A stretch of DNA of 64,000 bases from the NCBI GenBank assembly GCA_965113315.1, contig OZ220364.1. One strand, written 5' to 3'. Position 1 is the first letter of the stretch. Every line of letters begins with the position of its first letter. The position numbers and the translations under genes are program-made. Under the pieces are notes generated by a model. It was given only the letters and a program-made list of their open reading frames with translations, did no database searches and was not told where the DNA came from. This document shows, piece by piece, positions 13,301-61,300 of this stretch. The stretch is from Podarcis vaucheri (lineage: Eukaryota).

Positions 13301-16174
13301 TTCCTTACAGTGCTTAGTTCCACAGCTGCATGGCCTAGGACCTTAGTCTGTAGGGATCCACTATCAGTTTATGACCTGATCTCAGATGGTCACAACAGCA
13401 GCCCTACTGCTGTACAAATATACAATATGGTTAAAAAAATAAGAAGAAAATGTTCCACAGATGCATGTTTTGGTTTAAAGTGGGTCCCAGGTTTGAAAAC
13501 ATGGAAGACTACTAGCCTAGGTCTTGTAGAGTAACCTACAATATTTAGCATAGTGACTCCTTTCTTTTTTGCCTCCTCTTTAGATGATGACAGCCATTCA
13601 GAATCAAAACTTCAGCTGGAACAAGATAAGCCAAGCACCCTTCCCACTCCTGTTTCCAAACGGGTTGTGCTAGGTGACACTGTTTGCAGTTTGGCAGGAA
13701 CAGCTGACCACGCAAGCAGTGCAATAGAGCACAAGGGAGAGAAAAAGGACTTGTTTAACATAACTCCCGAGGTTGGAAATGATGGCACTGGCGAGCTCCG
13801 ACAGCGCAGCAGAGGGGATCTGATGGAGGTTCCACAGAGAGCACCTCGCCACGGGTTAGACCAGTATCTCTCGAGGTTTGATGAAGCGATGAAGCTAAGA
13901 AACCAACTTATCAGTGAGAAGCCAAGCCAGGAAAATGGAAATGTGGTGGAGGAATTTGATTCCTTCCGTATTTTTAGGTTAGTGGGGTGTGCGCTACTTG
14001 CCATTGGAGTTAGAGCTTTTGTCTGCAAATACTTGGTGAGTAAAGAAAAGTCTTAGTAACTTAGTTCTTCTTGTTTATTTGACCTGGTTGCCTTACTGAT
14101 TAGCCCAGAAAGTTTGACAGTGGAATTTGCATTTGACAGATAAGGAATTTATGCTGAGAAAAGTAATAACTTTCCCTAGGCCCACCCATCAAGTTCATAG
14201 CTAAGTAGAGATTTGGATTTAAGCCCAAATCCATAATTCTGTCCACTCTTCAACAGTGGCTTGCCCTAAGTAGTGATGATTGAGCAATGATTATTTTAAG
14301 ACACATGGTGTTTGGCAAGAGGATCAGAACCACAAGAAATTGTAAGCCCTGGCCTAGCAAAAGCATCAAGAAATTATTGTACTTTGGCGCTCTTCTGTAT
14401 TGACAATAATTAAGCTATGGGTAGTCCTGGAAGCCCAGGATTGCCAGCAGTGTTCTTTGCTTTTCAGGCTGTGCCAAGTACTGCTGACTACTGTGTGCTA
14501 AAACACAGCTGACAATTTACTAGCCAGTGATAACATTTAATAGTGGAACAAACGTGGCCTTATGCATGAAGCTTAACTACAAAATATGCCTAGGTTTCAC
14601 CTTGTCTTAATCCTGTTGTGAGCTAATCACATGAAGCAGCCTCTCCAAAGCAATTGGGCTAAAGTTTTCTTGCCATCAGAACCCCTAAGGAAGATGTAAC
14701 CGTCTGATTTTAGGACTGAGGTCAAGTTGGCAAGATATGGACACAAATTTCTAGACATCAAAAATGAAGAAGACTGCTATCTTAAATTACTTAATCATCT
14801 GTCAAAAATCATACAAAACTATCCAAACCATTTGGAGATTCCCAGGCTCATTTTTATGGGAACTGGGTAATCAGCAGAAAAGCATTTCCTAACTATATAA
14901 AGTGCAATGCCTAATCATTTCTACTATCAAGTGGCTTTAAATTATTCAAAAGTAAATTTGAATGTTATTGTTTAATTATGTGCAAGGATGATTATTTACT
15001 GAATGATTCACTCTAACCCTATAGGTCTGTACCAGTACATTAGATATATGTTAGTGACTTCTCTGGATCTTCCTTAAATATAAATTCAGTCTGTTTTGAC
15101 AGTGGTGCTTTCAAATTTGGTTCTCTTCTCTATATTTTCCAATCAATTGGCTGAAACACTTCATAGACTATTTCCTTGAAATAATGTAGCAGTGTGAATT
15201 TCTTGTTACAACTTTCTGTTTCATTTAACTTCTTTGTTTTTCCCCCCCACAGTCAATATTTGCTCCATTTCTTACCTTACAGCTTGCATACATGGGGTTG
15301 TCAAAATATTTCCCAAAGGTAAGACTTTTTTTTTTAAGGATAAATGGATTATTAAAATGTGTTTACTTTATAAAAGATATGATGGAGAAAGCTCCGTGTT
15401 AGAATTTTCTTAGCTTTTATGCAGTATAGCAGATAATGACAATACAGTACAATGCTAATTTAGGTTTATCAGCAATTGTTTGCATTTTGTGTATATACAT
15501 TTTGAATACTTGAGTGTAGTCAGCTACAGAGACAATGCATAAACTCTTCAGTACTGAGGATCTTCATGGGTGTAAGTTACATTCAAATTTAGAATACCTT
15601 ACTTCTGAGTAAATTTTAAAGGCCTTGAATTTGTAGCCCTGGGCATGAGGTTTCTGTCCCCTTTGCTTTACATTTTTGCCCAGGGATTGATGCACAGCCT
15701 CATGTCTTCTTCTCACCTTTTAGTGTATTGATCAAATATCTTACTTTTCTTTCAAACTGATGACGTTTTCAGCTAACCTTCCTTTGCTGTCATCATTGTT
15801 TTTGTGACAGTTGTATTGAGTGAAACATGAGAATTACCAAATGTGGATGACAAGGGACTTATTAAGTAACAATTAGTGGACAAAAGTCCCTTTTAGTATA
15901 GACAACTGGCAAGCGAATGTAATGGAACTTTGAAGAAAGGAACAATTTCCAGTGTGATAACACTGTTTCCAGGTCCCAAAGTCATTACTTCATCACTGAA
16001 GCCTCTGCCCTTGCCTGATGAATGTAAGAGAATAGCTCCAGCTGCTATTTGTGAACAGAAAGAGCTCATCATAATAGAAACAAGCAACCAAGATTACAGG
16101 AAAATACCTTTGAGATGCATTTTTAAATGCACTTTGAGAAGTGTATGGTAAAATATTAGGTAACATTATGAAAT

Positions 16175-16215
<41 letters not shown>

Positions 16216-16557
16216 TGAATGTATATACCTCCCTATACCCGGGGGCCTCAGGGCAGTTCACAGAATAAAATCAAGTTATAAAACCACAAAATAAAAATAA
16301 ATGTATTAAAGCTCTGATAAGCTGCTTAAAGATGAAAGCTGTGAAAAACGAAGTAATTTTTATTTCTTATACAGAGTGAAAAGAAAACGAAGACCACGGT
16401 ATTGACTGCTGCTCTTTTACTGTCTGGGATCCCTGCAGAAGTGATTAGTCGTTCCATGGACACTTACAGCAAAATGGGGGATGTTTTTACAGACCTTTGT
16501 GTCTATTTCTTTACTTTCATCTTCTGCCATGAACTGCTTGTGTTTTTTGGTTCCTGA
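10065..16557 (+). CDS. CAMLG: CAMLG (CAML, GET/TRC tail-anchored protein insertase subunit); exons 10065-10242, 13584-14035, 15253-15318, 16375-16557; 292 aa as read
   Basis: N-terminal [29 protein letters not shown] motif; hydrophobic C-terminal segments [24 protein letters not shown]|[22 protein letters not shown]|[24 protein letters not shown]...[16 protein letters not shown]; splice phases 1,0,0 are consistent. Confidence 0.96.
16176..16300 (-). mobile_element. L2-type LINE 3' end with (TTA)n microsatellite
   Basis: (TTA)~13 followed by TATATACC.CCCTATACCC....CTCAGGGCAGTTCACA. Confidence 0.6.
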
Positions 16558-19500
16558 AGTGCCATGATAGCTGTGGAACCTGGTGTAATACTTCAGCTGG
16601 ACTGCGTCACTCTTGATTTCATACATGCCTCTGGATATATAAACAGTGTTAACCCTATATCCAATACTTGGTTCAGTGCAGCTTAAACATACTTTGATAG
16701 GGAAGAGCTTTGAAGTCCTGGCTTTGAAGCTGAATTGGTAGATTTTGAGTACAGTACAGAGTGATCTCAGATATGGACGGTCAAATGCAAATATTGGTCA
16801 ACGGTCCAATGATACACTTTTCTGTAAAACTGAAATGTGTCCTTTCTGTCCACCACCCCAATTAAAAAGAATCACCCTGAAACTGTAACCTTTCCCTTTG
16901 GCTCTATGATTTGAGAGCACAGTGCAGCTGAGGTCTCCTACTTGAATAGAATTATGATAGTCTTTATGGGTGAATCCAAGGATTCCATGAGCAAAACTCA
17001 ACTCATCAGACGCTCCTGCTGGAGGAAAGGTGGGGGAGGTGATTTTTGTGTTCCTCCTATACCAGAGGGCTGGGGATTCTCCAGAACTTGCGGGGGTGGC
17101 ACAGGAGGAAATGGAGATCAGAAAAATTGTTACCCTCTCCCTTTTCCCAGCAGGAGTCTCTGATGGGTCTCTGTTTTTCCTCCAAATGGATCTTTCTGTT
17201 CATGGAAGGAATGCTCTGAATACAAGCTTATCATAGGAATATCCTATTTTATTAGCTTATATCCCTCAATTCATGCATTTTAACAGTCAGGATAGTCTTA
17301 CCAAAATACAGCCAGCGCCAAGATTGATTCTACAATAGAATTAGGCTGGATATAAGTCATCATTTTATGTCTTCCTTAAATGGGGTAGTATTCTCTTTGC
17401 TTTCTTGTAGTTAGGGAGGTTTGATTTTAGGATGTGAATGCAAGAGCTAAGACGAAGCAGTGAAATTCAACTTCTTTATGTGTTCCCGTTAAGCATTCAT
17501 TGGGTGATATCAAACATTAATCTTACTCAAAGTAGACTCATTAAAATCAGTGGATTTTAGTCCTTCATTTCAGTCAGCCTACTCTTGAGTTTGACTTCCA
17601 TTGGATATTGCCTGTTATCTTTTTTTAACCTGACTAGGAATCTTAATTACTTGTGTTTACATGATCTAATGCAATATACAGCATTAGTGCAGATTTAAAA
17701 ACTGCTCTCTTGGGTAACTATACGTTCGTACCTAAAAATGTCACAAGTTTTGCTCATTCCTCTGACTTGACAAGTGCTCTTTTTTTGTTCATTGTAGTGT
17801 AAACTAACACAGGTTTCTGCTTCCTATTTCCTATATCTTCCGTTGCAAGAATATTGCATGTGGAGTCCAGCCTCTTCTGTCTGGACATTCAAGGGATCAT
17901 TACATTTATCAGTAGCAGGGGGGAAATGTGACTTGTAAGAGTACAGACCAGATTTTAACCATAATTTTAATCAAATTATTAGTTTGTACAGTTGCTTACA
18001 TGTTCATTTCACATGGGAATGCTGACTCACAAGTAAGTTTTTATAACCCATCTGAAACAGATACTTGAAGTGTCTTCCATCAAAACCATTAGGGCAATTC
18101 CAGGTAAATGCTCTTGATTGGTTCATTTCTGAAAGATTCCATTCTATTGGTTAGTACCATAAAACAAGTCTTTACGTGGTTTTAGCTGGTGGTCCTTCAT
18201 ATTTATTTATTTATTTAGAGTTAAGTTCCTTCAGTAAATCACAGTTGTTGTTTACCATTAAAAACAGATTTTATTACTTAAAAATAAATTAAGAACCCTA
18301 TAATATTTAAAGGCTGGTTCAGAGGAAGCCCAGATTAAGAGAACATGCACACCCAACCTTCCTTTCTCCCTCCCCATCTTTCTCTGCTCTGCTTCAGTGC
18401 TGTGTGCAATGTTTGCGATCCCTGGTTCACTTCTGAACCTGCCACCCTGACATGTAATTGGCACCAGGCTTAGGTATTCAGTGAGAAATTAGGCTGGGAG
18501 AAATCAGGCTATTATGTAATAGTTCCCTTTATGCTGAAGGATGAGTGGATATTTGCCTGGGACCTTAAGAATTAATGGGAATAAATGTTCTGGAGGTACA
18601 GTGGCCATCGTAAACAATAGGTGTTACCCATGTAGCTGTGATCCCCTAAGTTACTGAAATCATTCTGTGATTATAGAGGCTAATGTATCTTCTCTTTTTA
18701 GAGGCGGTCACTTCTTTGTTTTTGTTTTGAATAATCAAAATAAACTGTTTTCCTTATTTTGCTTCTTTCCTCCGTTACCGTTTTAAGACTGCATTCATTG
18801 ACCCAAGTTTCATTGTTCTAATTGTATCTGTTATATGAAGAAAAGAGTTTTTAGAGTAAATATGGATGCACTGGAGACATCTGTGCACTTGGATTGAGGC
18901 GTTTGCCATGGCAGTTCCCCGCACTGAAGACATGATTCTGCTCAGTTTAAAAAACCAACTTTACTCTTTAGCAGTAGGAACTGTTGTGGCAAAAACAGCA
19001 AGCAAAGCCCTGTTTGTATCCGAGTTCTTTCCTGGGCATGTATTTCTTTCCTCCCTAGAATCGGGCCATGATATATTCTATTGTGATCAGTAGACTTTGT
19101 ACTACGATAAACTCTCAGCATCTAATTGTATATGTTAAGGTCTGACTATATCTCTGTCGACATGTTGAAAGGTTCTATTTGAAGCTAATGGATGTAATAC
19201 AAAAGATTCAGAACAATTGCTTTGCAAGTGAGGGCTGAAATTGAGCTGGCATTAATAATTCTATCTGTAAGGAGTGACTGTTGCAGAAATACTGTATCTG
19301 CGTCACACCTTCAAAATGCTTTGAAGTTTTCATCATTCCCAACTAATAGTTTCAGAAAGCTGATAGACTTAACCATTAAAACACCTTTCAGCTGGTGTTT
19401 CTGAATTTCTTTAATTCATATTTGCCAAGCTGGACTTTTCAACAGTGATAAATCAGTATCAAGTCTAAAATTTAATGGGTAGAATATAGAATTTTCCCAT

Positions 19501-20661
19501 ATTGCCCACTTCTGCTATGAAAAGTGATGTATAGGGTGGGATAGCAGGTGAATAGTAAAAAGGTGTTTTGTATGTGGTTCCTTTTGCAAAAACCTCATTT
19601 TGCAAAATCCAATAAACCTCATGTGGTCATGTATGTCCTCCAGTGTAATTATTTCTAGACTGCTTCTATGAAGTCTGTTAACCATTTATTTGTTGGCATG
19701 CCTTTGTAATTCATTTTTAAAGACTACTTGGCTTGTCAAGTGTTTTACTAATACCTTTCCAATGTTATTTTCATTTCCAGCTATAGAATATATGTTCATG
19801 TAACTTATGGACAAGCATGATTTAGAAAGGAAAGAATTAAACACTGCAGCTAGCTCTGTTGAATCTGTTTACACACCACAATAGCAACATGCCATCTACC
19901 AGCTGAACAAGGACAATAATGTGCAGAAAGACCAGAATGGGAGTTATGCTGAACAGCTGGTAGCAACAAGCATTGCATGTCACCCTTCTAGAAAAATGAA
20001 CACAGGAACTAATGAGAGAATTAAAGAAATGTCATATTTCTATTTACAATTGTGAAAAATGTACACTGTGGTACTGTACTGTGCAATTCCACCCTGAAAG
20101 AACATCTGGAGAACTACGGAACACTGTGTTTGGACATCTGTAAAAAAGGAAGATTATTTCACCCTTTGTCATACTAACAAACCGAGCATGCTTCTCTGCC
20201 AATCCTGCTCCCGTCTCACCCACCCAGTTCCATCACGACCACGAAGTAGCTTTTTACTGTAGGCTATACCAATGCACTACTACTAGGTCAACAGTTGTCC
20301 AGTCTCTCCAGATTTGGTGGTTTGTTTTATTTATTTATATCTACATCCATTAGTCACATGGTGTACTGGAGCATCTTAGCATATTTGTAAGATGCTTAGG
20401 CAGTGACTGTGTTAAAAAAGTATATCTATAGACACACGAATTAAAGCAGATTGATGTAGCATGTCTCCGCATTTAAAGTCACTGAAAGCAGCATGAAATA
20501 GCAATAATTCCATACAATTAAAGAACTTGCTATCCCAGGTCTCCTCATCCCATGATTCTGCTCACTGTAATACTGTTGCACACACCTCAATTCAGTTTCC
20601 TTGGAGTGAAGGTCACTGGAGACTGGTTATATGATTTAGGATATATGATTTAGTATAACAA

Positions 20662-20770
20662 AATAACAACTTCTTATTTATACCCTGCCCACCTGTCTGG
20701 GTTTCCCCAGCCACTTTGGGTCCTAACAGAATCAAAAGCACAAAACATCAAACATTTCACTAAACAGGGC
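20662..20770 (-). mobile_element. L2-type LINE 3' end fragment
   Basis: ATTTATACCCTGCCCACCTGTCTGGGTTTCCCCAGCCACT, same family as 24736 and 37518. Confidence 0.65.
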
Positions 20771-21735
20771 ATCAACTCATGAATAGATCTTGCTTCCCCA
20801 TTAAGTTTATAGGGAGATCTCCAAACCCATAGCTCTGGATTAAGCACACAGGGAAAGTCAGGCCTCCTGTTTTTTTGCAGCTTCAGCCCAGACTAAAAAT
20901 TGTGACTAGCTCTTGGCTAGTCTCCTACCTACAATATGTCATCTCTCTTCCTGGAAGCACCATTAGCTTCTTGTTCCTATTGCAACATGGCCAACTCTCT
21001 ATTCTTATGACAAAAAAGGTGCTTAGCAGCCCAGCTAGGCTGTTAACTTAAAAAAAATATAAACTGGTTTGGCCAGTTCAGCAGTTCCTTCTACCACAGA
21101 CTACAGTCTTATAGATTAAAAAAAATCACAGACTTGGCTGGGATCCACAGGCATTAGCCAAACCAGCCACCCAATCCTATAGCAATACTCTTACCATCTC
21201 CATTAAGATAAATAGTTGCATACCTGGTCTGTGTTAGACATGAATCCAAGTTGTAAGTAGGAAGTATTTGCTATCGCATCATATTAGCTAGTTTTGAGTA
21301 TTTGTGTATGTTAATACTAGATGGTTGTACACAGGGCATTGTAGCAATTGCCTTCAGCTTTTTCCAACCCAGCACCCAGGCATACATTTTGGGGAACAAT
21401 TTCTTAATTTCTGGGGTGGTAGTGCTGCTTTTGCAACCCAGCTTAGATCAGGCCATGATAGTGTGTCCCTCCTCACCAGCTGAAGACCAATGCATTAAAT
21501 ACATTATAAATTTATTGGGTGTATTACTTTTCTGTTCTCCTGGAGGTAACACCCACATTTTCTGTCTCTGGCATCAAACCGTATTGTAGCTAAAAAGAGA
21601 ATTCATGAATTTTATTTTTTATCAAGGTGGCTGAGAAATCAGAACGGAATCACAGACAAGTCAGTATTAAATGCAAACATCACGAAGCAGCTGATAAATG
21701 GAACGTGTCTCCTAGCTCAGCACCGTCCATTACAG

Positions 21736-23380
21736 AATAATAATAATAATAATAATTTTTTATTTATACCTCGCCCTCCCCAGCCAAGGCTGGGCTCAGA
21801 GCGGCTTACAAGCAATAATAAAAACAAGATGAATGATTACAACTTAAAAACAAAAATAAAATACAACATTAAAATAATGGAACATTAAAATATTAAAATG
21901 TAGCCTCATCGCAGGAGGAGAAGGAAAATAAAAAGAAAGAGGGAGGGAGGGAATCAAATTGGCTGCAAGCCAAAGGCCAGGAGGAACAACTCTGTCTTAC
22001 AGGCCCTGCAGAAAGAAATCAGATCCTGCAGGGCCCTGGTCTCATGAGGCAGAGCGTTCCACCAGGCCGGAGCCAGAGTTGAAAAGGCCCTGGCTCTGGT
22101 TGAAGCCAATCTAACTTCCTTAGGGCCTGGGACCACTAGGGTGTTGTTATTTATGGACCTTGAGGCTCTCCGTGGGGCATACCAGGAGAGGCGGTCCCGT
22201 AGGTACGAGGGTCCTAGGCTGTGAAGGGCTTTAAAGGTCAAAAGCAGCACCTTAAATCTGACCCTGTACTCCACCGGGAGCCAGTGCAGCTTGAAAAGCA
22301 CTGGGTGAATATGCTCCCATGGCAGAGACCCCGTGAGGAGCCTCGCTGCAGCATTCTGTACCCGCTGGAGTTTCTGGGACAGCTTCAAGGGCAGCCCCAC
22401 ATAGAGCGAATTACAGTAGTCAAGCCTGGAGATGACCGTCGCATGGATCACTGTGGCCAGGTCGGGGCGGGAAAGGTAAGGGACCAACTGCTTGATGCGG
22501 CAAAGGTGGAAAAATGTCACCTTGGCTGTTGCTGTAACTTGTGCCTCCTTGGAAAGGGAGGCGTCAAGGATTATACCCAAACTCTTAATGGAAGGCAATG
22601 GCACTAATTGGGCCCCCGCAAGAGAAGGGAGTTGGTCCCTCATCCCCATGCCATCCCGACCTAGCCATAGGACCTCTGTCTTCGAAGGATTTAGTTTCAA
22701 ACGGCTCCCACGAAACCATCCAGCCACAGCTTCCAAGCATCTGGTCAGTGTGTTCAGGGCCGAGTCGGTGTGGCCATCCATCAACAGATAGAGCTGAGTG
22801 TCATCAGCATATTGGTGACAGCCCAGCCCAAAGCTCCGGATAATCTGGGCAAGATGTTAAAAAGCATCGGGGAGAGAATTGCGCCCTGCGGCACTCCACA
22901 CACCAAGGAGTGGCACGACGACATCTCCCTCCCTAGCACCACCCTCTGTCCCCAACCAGAGATAAAAGAGCACAACCAGTTACGGGCTATGCCCTGTATC
23001 CCCACGTCTGCGAGGCGGTGGTCCAGAAGATCATGATCGACCATGTCAAAGGCCGCTGACAAATCTAAAAGGATCAGCAGCCCTGACCCGCCTCGATCCA
23101 GTTGTCTACAGAGATCATCTGTTAGGGCAACCAGAGCCGTCTCTGTCCCAAAACCAGGACGGAAACCGGACTGAAATGGATCTAATGCCGATGTTTCCTC
23201 CAGAAACCTACCAAGCTGTTCAGCAACCGCTCTCTCAATTACCTTACCCAGGTATGGAAGATTTGAAACTGGGCGGTAATTGGATAGGTCTAAGGCATCT
23301 AATGAAGTTTTCTTTAATAGTGGACACACCACTGCTTCTTTCAGTTCCCCTGGGAATGTCCCCGTGTCAGAAGAGATTAC
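21736..23380 (-). mobile_element. 5'-truncated L2-clade LINE with reverse-transcriptase domain, frameshifted
   Basis: Minus-strand ORFs 22781-23419 (YRPVSNL, QSGFRPG, LDLSAAFD, GVPQGAILSP) and 21954-22784 (LKLNPSKT, SRLDYCN, LHWLPV); YADD at 22800-22811; (TTA)n tail at 21736-21755. Confidence 0.93.
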
Positions 23381-23431
23381 AATTTGCGCAATTACAATTG
23401 CAATCCGTAGGTTGAACATCAGCTTGCCATG

Positions 23432-23515
23432 GACATCCGTCTGGTCACTATGAGAACGAGATGTTGGACTAGATGGGCTTTGGGACCCATCCAGAAGGGG
23501 CTTTTCTTACGATCT
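23432..23515 (+). mobile_element. Degenerate CR1/SINE 3' tail fragment
   Basis: GGTCACTATGAGAACGAGATGTTGGACTAGATGGGC...ATCCAG..GGGCTTTTCTTA resembles the squamate CR1-type tail seen reversed at 30959. Confidence 0.55.
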
Positions 23516-23765
23516 CATCACCTGCCGCCTCTTCCACACAAACGCGGGAGAGAGGAAGGTCCCGGCCAGAGCCTGTGAAAGCTCGGCCCTCCGGAAGCTA
23601 GGGGTCGCTGTGCCCAGCTGGCGGAAACGCGGGTGAAGGCCCCTTCCTTCCGCTTTCTGCGTAGCGCGGGTTCATTTCCGCTTCGCTTATTCCTTCGGAA
23701 ATGGCTGCCGCTGCCGCTAAGCCTTGAGGGATCAAGTCAGGAAGGAGGAGGAGGAAGAAGCCGCT

Positions 23766-58102
<34,337 letters not shown>

Positions 58103-58337
58103 ATATTTGGAGTAAATATGTCTGCCAGTTTTCATTTGTGAAACTTGTCATTTCTGTTTATCTTTGCTATTTACACTGCTTATTGTAAATTACATTTTTT
58201 AATGTAGTCATGCTGGATTTTTTTAAAGATCAAAATTACTTTTGTCAGGGGGTCCTTTTCTGTGCAGTTTACAACAGTTTCAGGAGGGCATAATTAAAGT
58301 TTTTTTTAAAAAAAAATGTGTGCTTCTAAGTATACAG

Positions 58338-58343
58338 AATAAA
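58338..58343 (+). terminator. Candidate proximal DDX46 polyA signal (distal tandem AATAAA at ~59632-59642)
   Basis: AATAAA hexamers downstream of the stop codon; distal pair followed by a GT/T-rich tract. Confidence 0.5.
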
Positions 58344-61300
58344 GTCAGTTACAACTTTTATGGACAACTAGTATAAGCTCAGCTTGAAAAATCTTAAATA
58401 GGGGGTGGTAGTTGTACTTCAACAAAGGTTGAAGTTTCCCACCTCGCATAGAAAAAACCTCCCTTGTCCATCTTCCTCCCATTCCAAGATAGATCAGTGA
58501 GAGGCATGTGAACTTCTAGAACCATATAAATGGCCTGGAAATTGTGAGTACTTAAACTCTTAATGGACTTCGATGCATAAAGATAACAAAAGTAGTGTCT
58601 GTATATTTTCCTGCAAAATGAGAAATTTGGAAGATTTAAATAAGTTTTCTATACATGTCTGGTTTTAGGAATTAGCAAAAAAAGTTTTTTTAAAAACTGA
58701 ACTTATTATTTAATGAGAGAAATCGTACTTCCATTACATGAGAAATCTTTTCCGTAAGGGAAGTACAGAATTAGTCAAGCTTATTGTGAATGTGTGTGTA
58801 TATATTTAATTATTTCCCCCCATTTTTCTGTGTTGGCATATGAGAAAATAGTTTGTCAATCACCTCCAATGTTGGTAGCTATTGTATCAGAATATGGTAG
58901 CCTACTTGAGATAGTCTCTGACCTGTAGACACTTAACTGAGAACTTAGTCTAACTCTGCCTGGTTCCAAAGCTGTTCTGTTTTCCACTTCTTATCACATT
59001 AACATTTAGGAGAGAACTTTTCTCAAATTCTTGTAATTTTGCCTTTATTATTGCATCACTGTGTAAACAATGGCAGTAATAATTGGAGCTGAAAATTTGC
59101 CCAGTTTTGAAATGTCTGTCTTGTAGAAGAGTGTGATGATATGGGGCAAAATCTAATTTTAATATGTAAAATGTACATTGATCTAAATAAATCAGGCTCT
59201 AAATTTAATAAACTGGAACACCAAAACAAGCTCATGTGTTTTTCAAAGCATGAATTGCCTTTAACTGTGTTGGACTTCCCAAAATATTTTGCCAGATTAA
59301 TGACATGTGTTGTACTGATTTTATGCTTCACTTTTCAACAGCTTTGACTTGCCATGTGGTAGGACTGTAGCTGTTTTGTTTTTAAAAGAAAATCTAAAAC
59401 ACTTTCACTGGGCTGTAAGAATTCATGGGAAGGTGAGGAGATTAACAGGGGCACGATTGTGCTGTTAAATACTTTGCAATGGGAACTACTTTGAGAAGCC
59501 ATGCTATTGGAAACATTTCATTTGAGAAGATACTTAATTCTTTCTATACCTGTCATTTTCAGTTTTAGAATGAATACAAGGTCTTTGTAAAGAAAATTTC
59601 ATTATATGTGTGTTTTCTAACTTCCTCATAAAATAAAATAAAACGTCATTGTGTATTCGTTTTCTGAAAATATTGAATAGCTAAAGTTTTTTCCTTACTT
59701 GGCTCAGACTTGGTATTTCACTCCAGCAGTTCAGCTACATTTTTAAAAGGAAGGTTAAATGTCAGGAGCTCTCTGTGATAAGCAACAGGTCACAAGAACT
59801 ACAGTTTCAAATCTAGAAACATTGAAATGCTTTAAAACTAAGGTTGAATTTTTCTCATCTGGATCTGAGCTTATTTTGGTTTGAGACGTGGATGTTTTCT
59901 TGAGTCAGCCAGCTTCTGCTAAAAGAAAAGTACGTGCATATTTGTAGACATAGTGGGTGCTATGCCAAATATAGGAGATGTTTTTGTCAGTACATACACA
60001 TTTGCTACCTCTGTGGAAATTGACATAGAAAGTGATACGCTGGATCAGACAAAAAGTCCATCCTGTTTCCCACTGGAAATCTTTGAAGTCTGCTTTGACT
60101 TTTAGCATCCTGAATAATACCATATCATCTGCTTACTAAACTACTTTATGCAACACTTCCTTTTACGTGTATAATTTGTACAAAGTTTGTAGGCAGTTAA
60201 CTGTTTTGATATTTTATTCTTTAAAATGTGTAGTGTTATAGAATTGAAATTAATAGTAATGAAGCTATGCATAAAAATGAAATACTTTTTTACAACTTGA
60301 TTTTTAGGTATTGATGAGCCATCAACTTGTAAGCTTGCTTTTGCTTTGCTCCCCATATATTCTCTCTTTCTTCTTCCTTGGATTCTTCATAATCTGTTCA
60401 ACTTGTCCCTATAGCTATGTTTCCTGCTTGTTTCTGCTTTTTATATTGGGTAATTCTTTTTATATTGGCTAATTCTTTTCATATTCTACTTACATTTCTT
60501 CTGTTAACATTTAAATGCCTTCATTCTTGCAGCACACTCTTCGCTCCTGTAATGTCCACAGGATTATATCCTCCATATCCTGATCTTGCCTCTTCTTGCT
60601 TGCTGCTCCCTGTCATTGGAATTCTTTACCACCTGACATCTGGCTGGCTCCTTCCTTTTATTTGTTTATAATATTTTTATCTGCTGAGCCTGTTTCCGGT
60701 TTTAAGCTTTTTTATTTTTATATATCAATGTTTTTATTGTAAGCTTAACTGATACTGATGTATGAGAAGGGTGGGGTACAAGTATTTAAAAATAACAGTT
60801 CCTGATTTAAAAAATGTGCCTCTCTTTATACTAGCATCTTCTAACTGTTCTCAAACATCTACCCCTTTCCTTTCACTTCCCTCCCCTGCTGTGTCTTGCC
60901 TATGATTTAAGCTCTGATGGCAAAACCTTTTGTCGTCTTATGTAATGTATTTAGTCTTGAAAGATGCTTTGCAAATCTTATACCACTTGCAACTTGCTAT
61001 CATCTGTTGGTAACATTTTATGTTAACATAATGGGGAGAGTGTTCCTGCGTGTGCATGCACGTTTATTTAATATATTTCTACCCCGCCTTTTAGGGCACG
61101 TTTATTTGCTTGCTTTTCCAGTCACATGACTGAAAAGGAATGTGCTGCTCCTATGATTATTTTTCTTGACCAAGATCTCTTCCAAATATGGTATCTGCTT
61201 AAACAAGTTTGTGTTCTTAAAGGCTAGAATAGAAGAAATTCTGCCTTCTACTTAACCCTGGTTTAGGACAGGAAAAATGCATTTTTGCTCAGCACTCTTG

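Noticed and set aside
13612-14028. 138-aa antisense ORF
   Set aside because: Shadow of CAMLG exon 2.
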